64,000 bases of DNA, taken from assembly GCA_030141605.1 (NCBI GenBank), contig JAQGDQ010000971.1, positions 1-64,000 on the forward strand, in the 5' to 3' direction. Made by a program: the position numbers and the translations under genes. The notes beneath the pieces were generated by a model, which was given only the letters and a program-made list of their open reading frames with translations, did not search any database and was not told the DNA's origin. Source of the DNA: Tubiluchus corallicola. Lineage: Eukaryota; Animalia; Priapulida. This document shows, one piece after another, positions 28,087 through 40,170 of the stretch. Numbering within the stretch: position 1 is the stretch's first letter; each line of letters begins with the position of its first letter.

Positions 28087-28873
28087 TTAATTAATTTTAT
28101 TGGTTTAGTTTAGCTTAGTGAATCAAACACTGAGTATAACGCCTTAGCTATATAATCTAAATAGTAATCTTAAATTTAAAATTAATTAATGTATTTATCA
28201 CTAATTAATTAACAATAATAATAATAATCTTAAAATTAAAACTTGATCCTCGCACATTTATAATTGCTTAGTTACTCCGCTGTGAAAGCAGCACTTTTGA
28301 AACTCAGGAAACCATTGAACAAGCCAATTAGCTAATATTACAGCGGGCAGTAAATTACCCAACTTTGGCTTTGACATTACGAAATCGATACGGGCTTTTC
28401 TATGGTATTGGATACACGGCACACACATGCAAATTGCTTGGAAATGTACTACTGAATTTCATTTGACAATCTTTTTGTAAGCGAACGTTTTGCGCTTGTG
28501 TTTAATTCTCATCCATCATGGAATATTTATTAGATACGTTGTAATGATGAGTTCATGGCGTGCCCCGGGGAATGCTGGGATATGACAGATAGTGGGAGAG
28601 GCTTTTCTTCTGAAATGACTGGATAAAGGTGTAGAGGGCGGATCTACGCTTGACAGATAAGCAATCTCGAGGTTTCAGAGTTGGGTACAAAGTTGGGTTA
28701 ATTTGTTTAAATTTTGAATATTGTGAAATTAATATCGTATTCTAATATATCTAACTTTTGTGAAAAAAACCAAAAAGCTATATTTCTATTTTTATTACAG
28801 GCACTTAAAAATATTTATAGTTAAGACACCACAACTTTACTAAAACTTTTAATTTACATAGTTAAAAGATCAT

Positions 28874-28904
28874 GTTTCGACCGAGCTACTGTTGTCATCA
28901 TCAG
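28874..28904 (-). ncRNA. hammerhead ribozyme-like core (PLE type, degenerate)
   Basis: CTGATGA-T-GAC-aacagtagctcg-GTC-GAAAC. Confidence 0.55.
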
Positions 28905-29907
28905 TGGTAATTTTTTACAAACATACAACCAGTTTATATAGGAAGAACCTACAGTATAGAACATAGTACTCGCATGTACTAATTACGTATTTAACAGAAA
29001 CCAAATAGGCAATGATTAAGCAGACCAGAAGAAAAGAAATTGATACAGAGAATTATGTCCTAATTTCATCCATTTTTAAAACGTGGTAGAGTTAACTTTA
29101 TGAACTATGAATTTTATTTCACACATCAAAAAATACAATATCAAACAAATTAATAAACTTTAAATAAAGTAATTTGAGTAGTGCGAGGTGAGTGTGCGAC
29201 CATACGGTCATTAACACACCCCCCTTACTTAAATGAAAAAATGATTATAGTTATGCATGCTTCTGTAGATAACTTAATGTAAATAAGGATGAAGTAAATG
29301 ATGTAATAATAACGATGGTATAAGAACAAACTCTTAATAACTCGTATAACTCGTTTTTTATTGTTATTTTTGTAATTATTTGTGATACCAGTTCAATTAT
29401 TGCACGTTTTCCACAGTAACACTTAGTTCACATGGAGTTCCAACAGCAATAATTTAATTGTACCTTCAACTAATGATTATAATTAATAATATGTGGCTTA
29501 TAGGAGTTATTAAATCTTAACTATCAATGCTAGAGTCCTCTTGAAAAAGAAATAAAGCTTTTTAATTAAAACACCACAACTTTATAAATCTTTCAAATTA
29601 TATTCTTAAAAAATCAATTTCCTTAATGTATTCTTAATGTACAAAGCAGTTCGATTTCTTTTATTTTATTCTCAAACACTTAGCTATTTGTTACTACATC
29701 AATTTCTTTTCTACGGGTCTGTTTATTCATTACTTATTTGGCTTTTTGTAAATACATAATTAGTACATAATTTACTGTATCAATTTTTTTTCAGGTCTGC
29801 CTATTCATAACCTATTTAGCTTCCGTTAAATATACAATTAGTGCATAATGTTCTATACTGTAGGCTCTGCCTATATAAGCTGGTTGTGCGTTTGTGAAAA
29901 TATACCA

Positions 29908-29937
29908 CTGATGATGACAACAGTAGCTCTGTCGAAA
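29908..29937 (+). ncRNA. hammerhead ribozyme-like core (PLE type, degenerate)
   Basis: CTGATGA-T-GACA-acagtagctc-TGTC-GAAA. Confidence 0.5.
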
Positions 29938-30164
29938 TATGATTTTTTAACTATGTAAATTAAATTTTTTAATAAAATTGTGATGTCTTAACTATGAATC
30001 TTTTTACGTGCCTGTAATAAAAATAGAAATATAGCTTTTTCGTTTTTTTTCACAAAAGTTTTCGCTTTTCTGTGTGCAGTGAAAAAACTTCGCGCCTTTG
30101 TCTTCCGCTGTTGGGGATTCATTTCACAATGGTTACTCGAAAAGCAGCAATTCATTTTGTGGTA

Positions 30165-30165
<1 letters not shown>

Positions 30166-30196
<31 letters not shown>

Positions 30197-30262
30197 GCGT
30201 GTGCGTGTGCGTGTGCGTGTGCGTGTGTACGTGTGTTTGTCTGTGCGTGTGTATGTGTGTTT
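30166..30262. repeat. (GT)n/(GCGTGT)n microsatellite
   Basis: Direct reading. Confidence 0.95.
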
Positions 30263-30528
30263 GTTTGTCACTGTTATACGTCTTCTTAATACGTGAAAAT
30301 TTAAGGTGCAGAAAAACCAAAAGAAAAACCAAACTTTTTCTGATATTGGATCTTTGTATTAGTTTATACATTATTAAGATATTGAATACACGCAAAATGA
30401 CCACCCGACGAAGCTTAGTAATAGGTCTTTGAGCGGTTTATTTCTTCTAAAATGTCTTAATTTCGCTTTCAACATCATGTTTCCGGCAAATCGTAAATCA
30501 TTGAATCAATTGTAGTTAATGACTGTAG

Positions 30529-30531
<3 letters not shown>

Positions 30532-30612
<81 letters not shown>

Positions 30613-30623
30613 TATATATATAT
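30532..30623. repeat. (TA)n microsatellite
   Basis: Direct reading. Confidence 0.95.
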
Positions 30624-31499
30624 AAATTGTACAATGTACATACATGTAATGTATATTGTACATGTACTAGTAATACGATATACATATATACTGGTAATAC
30701 TTGTAATATGTATTATACATACATTGCCAGAGCGGGTCTATATATACACCGGCTTTATCGGCACAAACGTATGGCGGAGATATACTCTTTGTAAAAAAAA
30801 TTTTTGCATTAATAAATTAAATTTTATAGCACAACCTCACGTTCAAATACGTTGGATTTTCATATTTTAAGTTCACTGCAACTTAGAAAATAATTGCTCT
30901 AATATATTAAATGTTAAATGCAACACTGTATAAAATTAGTGCAAAACGTTTTAAATGAATCAAAATTTCTATATATAGATGTTCGATGGACTAGTTTTAA
31001 ATGAAACGCACGCATGCGCATTGAAAGCAGAATGTAAATTTATGCTCAACATAAAAGTTAAAGTTAAAACTGCTACTTTACGCAGAAAGAGTACAAATTG
31101 ACGATTTTAGTACTAATTTCACATTACCTAACAAAACGCAGCATATTATGTGTTCTAAATATACGTTCGAAATTAGAAGATTTTTAAACTTTAAGTATAA
31201 TAATAATATTTTACATATAAAACGTTTATTAATTTTTTTTATATACGAGGTCTCATATAAATACTTGAAAAATTATAAAACAAGCAATAATAATAATTTT
31301 GCGAGTTACATGCCAAGCGCACAAAACTTTTTTAAAAGCATAGAAGAAACTATTTTTATAGATATAATTCCTAAGTTTTGTCCGTTGGTAAGTTAATATG
31401 TAACGTTTGGACAATGGCCATTTATGTGTAAAAATAGTTCCAGTATAGTGTAAGATGTAAAATTATGTATCAAAATTTTACACAAATAAAAAGTTTATT

Positions 31500-32092
31500 G
31501 ATACTAACCTGAGAAAAACTTTAAAATTCCCAATCATTGAAGCACACAAAGAATATTTTACTCTGCTTTTTATATTTATATACATTAACAACATCAGCAA
31601 ACCATTCTAGAATAACAGATTTACCTTTTTTCTAAATCTTAACGTCAATTCCAGAACAAGTAATCTAAAACAAATTAGGACAAATGCCCACTATGGAACG
31701 AACTCTGTAATCAAGCAAGCAATTCTACTATGGAATTGTCTACCATTACAGGTTAAACAAATCAAGTCCCTATCAGCATTTAAAACAAAATTAAAATCAC
31801 TAATATTAACCAGATATGAAATACCATCACACCAGCACGACAACATACACACTAATTCAGAATTTGTATATCCACCGCCATATTAATTAAATCATAATTT
31901 TTCATTTTTTTGTGAACAGTTGTAAATACGTTTGATTTTATTCGTCATTGCTTTTCGTTACTGCACAGTAGTTTATATTGCACGGACACATTTGCCTTTA
32001 GCAGTGTAAGTTTTTATTAACTAACACTGATTGTTCATCTCTGTAAAGTTTTTATCAGTGATTGTCAATGTATTTTAATGGCAAATAAAAAT

Positions 32093-32098
<6 letters not shown>
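31500..32098 (+). mobile_element. CR1/L2-group LINE 3' end, antisense to Hox2
   Basis: Translates RTNAHYGTNSVIKQAILLWNCLPLQVKQIKSLSAFKTKLKSLIL, then a 3' UTR with AATAAA running into (TA)n. Second copy at 53340-53800. The 5' boundary is approximate. Confidence 0.85.
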
Positions 32099-32124
<26 letters not shown>

Positions 32125-32499
32125 AATACGTTGAAGCAGCGATGATAAGTGATTTTTTCATATTCGTACAACCATTTGAATTCTGCTGCCGGAGCGTAAG
32201 AGTTATAAAACAGTCTTCAGGTAGAAATAAGAGTTCACCGACCACGCCCCGCGAAGAGTTAAACCCATTAAGCGTTTAATAATGACCCATAAATCTTACC
32301 CCATACCCACAAGCCAACAAGTTACGTTCAGGGGGTTGGAGAAGTTACGTTTCGGGGAAAGAAGGGTGGGTCAGGGGGTACCTATACAGACGTGTGCCTG
32401 TCCACAACAAGCGTTACAGTTATGAATTAGTAATAGATAATTCACGATGCATTGATTTGCTAGAGTAATAAATGTGAAATTAAGTCACGACACGCTTAC

Positions 32500-32582
32500 C
32501 TTGTTGAATATGTTTCCTTGGAGATTTTTTCTCTCGCATCCACGGATACTCTGGAAGTTTGGGATTAAACTGTTGTTCCGGA

Positions 32583-32613
<31 letters not shown>

Positions 32614-32824
32614 TTCTCGGCGGCAGAGATTGGCCATGGTAGTAAGGAGTGCAGTCTGGCACAGTGTCCGGGTAGCAGTAACCCGCTTCTGCAGCTGTTT
32701 CCGCCGTGATTGATGGATTGCAACCCGCCTGAAACGATTCATTCATATTCGGAATGGCCGCCATGAATTCTTCCAAAGACGGCTGGCTATTAATGAAGCC
32801 GGATTCTCGGATTTGGTCGGACAT
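32500..32824 (-). CDS. Hox2: Hox2/proboscipedia coding exon 1
   Basis: MSDQIRESGFINSQPSLEEFM matches the PG2 N-terminal motif GFINSQPS. It also has a polyQ tract and the hexapeptide context PEYPWMREKK. The exon ends at donor CAAG|GTAAGC (GT at 32499-32498), phase 1. Confidence 0.96.
32707..32720 (+). promoter_or_regulatory. overlapping Pbx/Hox1-type sites in coding exon 1
   Basis: TGATTGATGGATTG contains TGATTGATGG and TGATGGATTG, both fitting TGATNNAT. Confidence 0.5.
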
Positions 32825-32914
32825 CGCGTCCGTTGGCTGGTGGTGTTTTCAGCGCTACGCACAGGTCCACACAAATCTCATTCATTTACACATCTCCATG
32901 TCAAGCTTTGCTTA

Positions 32915-32955
32915 TTTACGACTTTCCCATAACGTCTCAGCCGGGGTCACGTGAC
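32915..32955. promoter_or_regulatory. motif cluster 5' of the Hox2 ATG: TTTACGAC homeodomain site and GTCACGTGAC E-box
   Basis: TTTACGAC at 32915-32922. Perfect palindrome GTCACGTGAC at 32946-32955, in CpG-rich unique sequence. Confidence 0.45.
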
Positions 32956-33111
32956 GCGTCTTGTCGAATCGCCGCGAAGAGTTTGTGTCGTCCCAAGTCG
33001 ACGAAAAGGAAATGTTGTCCAAACGTCAGTCTTTACACGCTGATTTGATCTAGTGAAATCTAAATAGAAAAAAACCGAGGAAGAATGAAATCGAAGTAGC
33101 GCAAGAGCTAC

Positions 33112-33296
33112 TTTCCAGACATAGCAAACCGATAAAACCACTGCCTATGCGTCTTATAAATCCAATATGATACACCTTTCAGTACACCTGGTTTAAAAGC
33201 TAATTTCCAGACATAGCAAAACGATAAAAAGCACTACCTATTCGTCTTATAAGTCCAATATGATACACCTTTCAGTACACCTGGTTTAAAGGCTAA
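33112..33296. repeat. ~93-bp tandem duplication
   Basis: tttccagacatagcaaa...gatacacctttcagtacacctggtttaaa.gctaa occurs twice. Confidence 0.9.
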
Positions 33297-33372
33297 CAAG
33301 CAAGAAATAGCATTGAAACATGCACATAGGACTTCATATTACGGTTCATAATTAAGTTAACATAGTTAACGC

Positions 33373-33646
33373 AGAGTTTCATAATTAAGGTTAATACCAT
33401 TATGAATTGTTGTAAAAATTGTAAAAATTATTAAAAAAAGCTTTTTCAAATAATTTATTAAGTCTTTAAAATTTATTTTGGAAAAACCAGTTTAAGTGTT
33501 AGAGGTTTCTGCTGAGTAACTTTGATGCTCACTATTTTTTTAAAGAATAGTAAAAATTAAAAGTAATTATAATGATAATTTAACGTGAATCTCAGTGTCA
33601 ATTTGGTGGCTGAGTTTACAACTCATAACCTTAATTATGAAACTCT
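33373..33646. mobile_element. MITE-like element with 21-bp perfect inverted ends
   Basis: agagtttcataattaaggtta / taaccttaattatgaaactct. Confidence 0.65.
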
Positions 33647-34898
33647 ATTGCAGCCATGTTAAAGTCAAACTAAACTCTTAGTATAATCTAAGTTTTTACA
33701 ACTTAAAATCCTACTCCCGTCATAAATATTAAATTTACCTTTTTACAAAGTTACTGCAAGACTTAAAACTTGTTTCTCTTGTTTTTTTATCACTTCGTTG
33801 TTAGCGGTACTGAATTTGAAGAATCGCTATTTTACGTTGTGCGAGACTAATGACGTTATGAGTGCAGTCACGAGGTCACCAAAGATCGGTAACCAAAGAC
33901 GCTTTCTGTATCTCGTACGTCATTCGTGGTCACTTGCGCCAAATCACGCGTTCGAAATTCGCCAGACAAAAGTAAGTTATTTAATTTAAGTCTTTTTTGT
34001 TTAATAATAACAATGAATTCTTTGCGTAATCATAACAATGCGTTGAAATGCTTCAATGTCTGTTTAGGTTATATAGACCTTTAATTTACATACACCTGTA
34101 TACCGCGTTCTGTTCTATATATAGCAATGCATCGAGTTTACATCTGCGTTCTAAAATGAGCAAGACAGCGGAAGAAAATGGCGCAAAACTTCAAGTTTAG
34201 ACACTAAAACGTCTCAATTACTGAGTAAGAGTTCACAAAAATAAGAACGCTGATCGATTAGCTTGATAGCAAATTAAACATCAAATTATTGATTGATTTC
34301 TGAAATAATCCTCATTATCGTTATTGTAAAATGGGGTTCCTTGAGACAACAGGAGTGACTATAGGTAGTGTAGCGCCCTCTAGGTGAAATTATTTTTAGC
34401 TCACTCTCCCCTTAAATGATCACCTTCTTACCCCCACGGTCCCCACCTACCCCAATATTTAATTTTTGTTGTATATAATAAAGTGTAATGCCACCTGCGT
34501 GTCAGTTACCGATACTGCCTATTCTGCTCCCCAATGCTTTGATTCTTATAGGTTTTTTCAGATAGGTTTTTAGGTATAATTAGATAAAGAGTAAACTAGA
34601 AAGTGTTTACCTCAAACTTAGCGTCGATGAACCAAACATTTTGATAGAAAATTAACATGTAGTAGTAGTAGTTCGTTTCATTTAATTAAAGTGTCACACA
34701 TTTACGAATTACACATACAATATGTTATTACTTATGCTAAATTTAAAAATGAAAATAAATATTTCAGAATTTGACGCCTTATGCAACTGCCTAGTTTGCC
34801 TCGTGGGAGAACCGACCCTGCTCGTTTTGAAAATGGGGCAAAAGTTTACCCTCAGTGGTGTCTCAAGTAATCCAGCTAGCCTTTGTAGCGTCATCTTG

Positions 34899-34939
<41 letters not shown>

Positions 34940-34941
<2 letters not shown>

Positions 34942-35394
34942 GTATTTTCCCGTGTATAAGAGACCCTTTTTTGCTCAGAATTTTCACTTTAAAAATAGGG
35001 GGTCTCTTATACATGGGAGTAAGTCTTTTCAATAAGATGCATAAATTGTGACACTAATGATTTTAAAGAAATAAGTGCTCTACAACTGTTTTGCGTGTCG
35101 CGTTCGACTATGAAGCGGTTGTAAGCAATACAAGCATCGTGACACAGGCATTATCTCCTCGTTTTCTCTTTTCCTGTTACAGGTTTGCAGGTACGCACTT
35201 TAATATATACCAGTACTCTTTTTCTACAACACATTAACTGGTTTTATTTTGTTTTCAGTACCGCACTGAGTTGAAAAAAGTTGTACTTTACCCTCTAAAA
35301 ATGTCCGTCTGAAAAAACTTTTTTCCAGAATTTTTGCCTAAAAATTGAAGGGGTCTCTTATACACAAGGGTCTCTTATACACGGGAAAATACGG
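34940..35394. mobile_element. Tc1/mariner (pogo/Tigger-like) MITE
   Basis: 27-bp perfect TIR CCGTATTTTCCCGTGTATAAGAGACCC, flanked by TA on both sides. Confidence 0.92.
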
Positions 35395-35399
35395 TATAT

Positions 35400-35670
35400 A
35401 TGTAAATATTTATTGCAAAAATTATACACTAGTACAGAGTAAAATAAATTACGTCATACATAAAATCAGTGGATAATCAGTCAGTGACAGACTGATGTGA
35501 GCAATTGTGCCAGTTAGTGGAAGTTAAAAATCATAAGAATAAAAACATTAAAATACTAGATTACATATCTACAAATTTGTCTACATGATGACGTGATTGT
35601 GACTTATGAAATATGGTGGAGTTTAATACTTTTTGATAGTTTTTGCTACTTTTTTGCCAGGTAAGTTTCC
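35400..35670 (-). mobile_element. probable LINE 3' end, inverted copy at ~51075-51345
   Basis: About 270 bp of reverse-complement match. Both copies end at AATAAA beside (TA)n. Confidence 0.7.
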
Positions 35671-36449
35671 GTACGAGTCGTATATTTTTTGTAGTATAGA
35701 CACTAATATTACGATGAATTTATGAGTCTAGTATGTGTTTAATTTCCATTGACTGTAATAATTAGTCTAATTACTGCTATGCGTGAGTGAGAACATAATC
35801 TATATGTGCTCAATCATTGACAAATCACAATCAGCCTCATGTTGTATGTCGTGCAAAAAAAACGCGAACATGAAAACTGTCAGAAGAAATGAAAGACAGG
35901 TTTTCTGGTGAAACTGGAGTTCAGTAATTTTTAGCAGTGCGTCAATATATATATATTTAGGCTATAAAGACAGTACAGACTAGACGTGCGTTTGAGGTTT
36001 TATGTATCAGCAAGTGATTAATGTATATACATGTATGTATATGTATATATAATATATATATACACACGTGAAACGTGCATTATCATTTATGTATTACTGA
36101 AAAATAATGGTAATTTTTTGTTTTCGGTTTTTTGAGATGTTCATCTCTGTTCCATGTTTTCATTTTCTCTCAACAGACTCGCGTTGTTCAAAGTGACGTA
36201 TTATCCTTTACGCGTAAGTACAGTTACTGAAATATTCAAGACCAAGGACGTCAATGTGGCAGGCGTGTAGACTTTTCGCGCCTTGTAAGTACTTGTGGGA
36301 CAGACTGTGTTACGAAGTTAACCAGTAATGAAACTGTGACACTCAGAATGTATAGAAACGCTGTCCTAGTGTCAAAATATGTAATGTCACGTTATAGCTT
36401 CTCCAGAGTATTATACAAGAACGCTGCTGTTGTTATTGTTATTGCCGTT

Positions 36450-36800
36450 GATGGTGATGATGATGTTGATGATGGAGATGATGATGATGACGACGACAGT
36501 AATGCTGCTGCAGCTGCGGACGATGAGATGATGACGATGATGGCGATGATAACGACGAGGACGGCGATGACGACGACGATGATGGTAATGGTGATGATGA
36601 CAATGATAATCGTGACGATGGTGATGTTGATGATGAAGATGATGATGATAATGAAATGATGATGATGATGATGATGAAGACAATAATGCTGCTGCAGCTG
36701 CGCACGATGAGATGATGATGACGATGAAGGTGACGACGATGACGACGATGATGATGGTGATGATGACAATGATGATCGTGATGATGATGATAATAATGAT
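36450..36800. repeat. degenerate (GAT/GAC)n tract with an internal duplication
   Basis: aatgctgctgcagctgcg.acgatgagatgatga occurs twice. Confidence 0.9.
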
Positions 36801-37443
36801 AAAAAAATCATTTAGCTTGACATAGATGTCATTTATTGCTAATATAATTTTGTAAATACATAGTAACAAATGTATCTAATAATGTATGGCAATTTTCTTT
36901 ACTCTTATATGTGTTTAAGTTGTCAAATTATTTGTACAGCTCTGGTATGTAATTATAGTTGTGCTATATATGGGCACATTAAACTCGAGTACGCGTGGAA
37001 TACGTTAGATTAATAGTCCTGCTGTCATCTTGTCTAAGATGTCAAAAGGAAAGGTCTTAATTGAGCAACAAACTCAACTCTTCGGGGCAAACAGAACTTG
37101 TCTAGAAGCTTTCAGCAGTAACCAGTCCGTCTTGACAGAAGCTAAATTAACCCTCTAGAGAACAACTGGAGGACATTTAGCCAATGATTAGTGATGGGTT
37201 AATGAACGGTTTTATTGTACCTATAGAGTTTTTAGCACTTCGCCTAGTAACGTGTGTGTAAAGGCTTATATGTATTAAACACGAAAGTATAATAACACTC
37301 TGAAAAACTTAGAATGAACACAAACGGTGAAATAAACATAGACTTAAGTTTATTTCCGTAGTAAACATCTTTACCACATATAAGTTACGTTTCACTTACA
37401 AAGAAAACCACTAAAAATTGCAGTTAGATAATTATTATTTTAC

Positions 37444-38163
37444 TTAAAGCAAAACCGGACCCAATCTTAGACTGTAGGTCAAAGAGAACAATCTGCTCTT
37501 TAGAAAGGAAACATACTATTTTTTAAAGGATGACTTACGTTAGACTATTATTACCACACAAACGCAAGTTAATTTCGCGTTTTTTCAAAAATGACTTACG
37601 TGAAAGAATTATTACCATATGAACATAGTTTCACGTTCGCGCCACTAGTTTTTCGCTGTTACATGCATTTCGCCATTCGCTAGTTATACGCGCACTAGTG
37701 TTTGCATTTCGGAAACGCATTGCGCAAGAAACAGGCGCTGTACCTCTCAGTTCAAATGTGTTAGTTTGTGACGAACTACACACGTTCGACAGCTCTTGCG
37801 TGAGCACAGCGGTAAATTTGAAATCTGAATTTTCATTTTAAAACATGACTAGTTTTAGTATAACACACTGGATATCTTACAGTAGTACTGCAGTTAATAA
37901 ATCATTAAAGCTCTTACAGTAGCGGTGGATTTCAATCTTCGCTTTCTCAAACGCGTGCAAAACGCTCGTGGAATATTTTTGCTGTTAAAAATTATGTTAG
38001 TTTGTGATGTCATCAATAGTTGGGCTCGCACGCCGTTAATTAAGTTTTAATCCATTATTTAATTATCGGAAACGCCTTTGTAGTATTAATTGTGTTAAAA
38101 TGTATATTTTAGTCGCACTTGAAAATGGGGCAGTATTTGAAAAATCATCCTGTCTTCCTTTAA
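37444..38163 (+). mobile_element. Kolobok-like MITE copy (with small internal duplications)
   Basis: TTAA-AGCAAAACCGG...CCTGTCTTCCT-TTAA. Confidence 0.9.
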
Positions 38164-39125
38164 TTTTGGCTTTTCCTGCTTTTAACCTTGTTCTTTCTAG
38201 ATACACTGTGTAATGTTGAATGTACTAATAATTAAAGAAACGATGCACTTTGTTACAAGTAAAAACACATAATATCAACCACACATAGAAAACTGCTACA
38301 TATGTACAATTATGCACTACCTCATACACATATAATATTTTATCTCAATAAATTATATAGGTTAAATAATGACGAAAATACGTGTGCAAAGATGTAAAAT
38401 TAATAGATTTTTTTGTGTACAGCTGATTTATCCAAATTGATAAATTTTAGATAAAAAGATAGAATCACTGTTAAAAATTTCATTTATCAAAGTGTTATGG
38501 GTATTAAAAGGTCACGTTTTTAGAGTGTAAAAATGTAAAATAACGTCAAAATAGGGCATCTAAATTTAAATTATTTGTTTATTCAGTGAGTTAAGAAACT
38601 ATTACATGTCACACATAAAATGTGCACACATTAGTATGAAATACATTTCAATGTGGTTCTGCTTTTGAAACAGTCGGTCATTACTTAATTAGCTGCCCTC
38701 TTTACCATCAGGCCAGACACGACTTATTTACAAATCTCTGCCCTCTTTTGTCAGCTTTTAACATCAATGTTTACAGTCTTGCATCAAATGAACTTGTACG
38801 TTTGTTCCTGCATGTGAACCATACCCTAGATTCTGTGAACACTGAAATTGTTGTTTTAGTGCAAGTCTTTTATTTCAAACACTAAGCCCTTTAAATAGTA
38901 TTAACTTTGTTACTCTTGTTACATAGTAATGTTCATATTTACTGCAACATTTTTTGTACATTGTGGTCCCTATTGTTCTTCATCTGTCTAGCGTTGCGCT
39001 CCCACTAGCGGAGAACATGTATCAGTTGTAAAACTGTCTGTTTCAAAACTAGATGTTACGCCTTCAACAAATTATGTTTAAACCAAAAACATTATATATA
39101 TATATAGTTAATATAGTTAAAGTTA

Positions 39126-39161
<36 letters not shown>

Positions 39162-39940
39162 CAATAAAACTGCATTAAAAGGACTTCTGGTAATTGTTTA
39201 AAAATCATTTATTATAAGCGATTTTTATTTGTTTAAAACTATAATAATAAAAGTGGTGCCAATGGTACTGAGCAATTAAAACGTATTGTACAGTATAACC
39301 GTAAAATGTAAACACAGTAATGAAATTTACACAAAACTGTTAAAAATAAATAGCTGTGGCCATTCCTTTAAAGAGGGGTTATAGAAAAGTTTTGCTGAAA
39401 ATAAATTTTGAATAGACGCCGCTATTACGTTTGTGAGTTCTGTGTTCACAAATGCGCTTGTGAAAAGCCACAAAGTCCACCAGTTACGTCATAATCTCCA
39501 AGCGAATAGCAGCTAAGTGGCTTGTCTTTTCCTTTAATAAGACATACATCACTCGCAAAATCATCTTTATCACATCACTTAGCCCTAAGCTCACTAGTAA
39601 TAGCTGTCTGTTCACATTACATTAATTCATATCCATTCCGCTTTGGAGTGAACATTAGTTTTCAATGCTGTCGCAGCGTGAATAACATTCATGCATTCAT
39701 AACTTGCACTTTTAGTTTTTTAAATTTCCTTGTCACCCAAATTTCACGAAACAACTTTTATTTACCACTAAAATAGACTGTACATTATGTACTTATTATA
39801 ACACAATATTTTATAAATATATTCAGATATGTATAATATTAACATGTCTAATGCAATGTTATGCTGTCATGTTTTATTCTCTAACTTTAATAATGCAAAT
39901 CGTAAAATTATCGGTAAAAGAATTTTGTCGTTATATTATA

Positions 39941-40170
39941 TACATGCATAAAAGAGTTTAAATCAACAGACTGTATTCAGATACGCTTCACGGATGAACG
40001 TAACACAGTGATTGTAGGCGATGATAGTAGTACGGTCATGTACAGTACTACATATATATATATATATATCTTACAATCAATGCGCACAACGCACTACAAT
40101 CACTGCGCCACGTTCATCCGTAAATTGTATCTGAATACAGTCTGTTGATTTAAACTCTTTCATGTATGTA
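39941..40170. repeat. inverted repeat with ~80-bp arms around (TA)n
   Basis: aaagagtttaaatcaacagactgtattcagatac pairs with gtatctgaatacagtctgttgatttaaactcttt. Confidence 0.85.

Larger units (their letters stand above)
28753..30060. mobile_element. Penelope-like element remnant with inverted arms (28753-~29060 and ~29632-30060)
   Basis: The arms are reverse complements. The right arm starts with the endonuclease end LNVQSSSISFILFSNT*. Each arm carries a CTGATGA..GAAA core. Confidence 0.85.
10726..32499 (-). other. Hox2 intron between hexapeptide and homeobox (21,774 bp)
   Basis: GT..AG ends, phases compatible, and this is the usual intron position in Hox genes. Confidence 0.88.
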
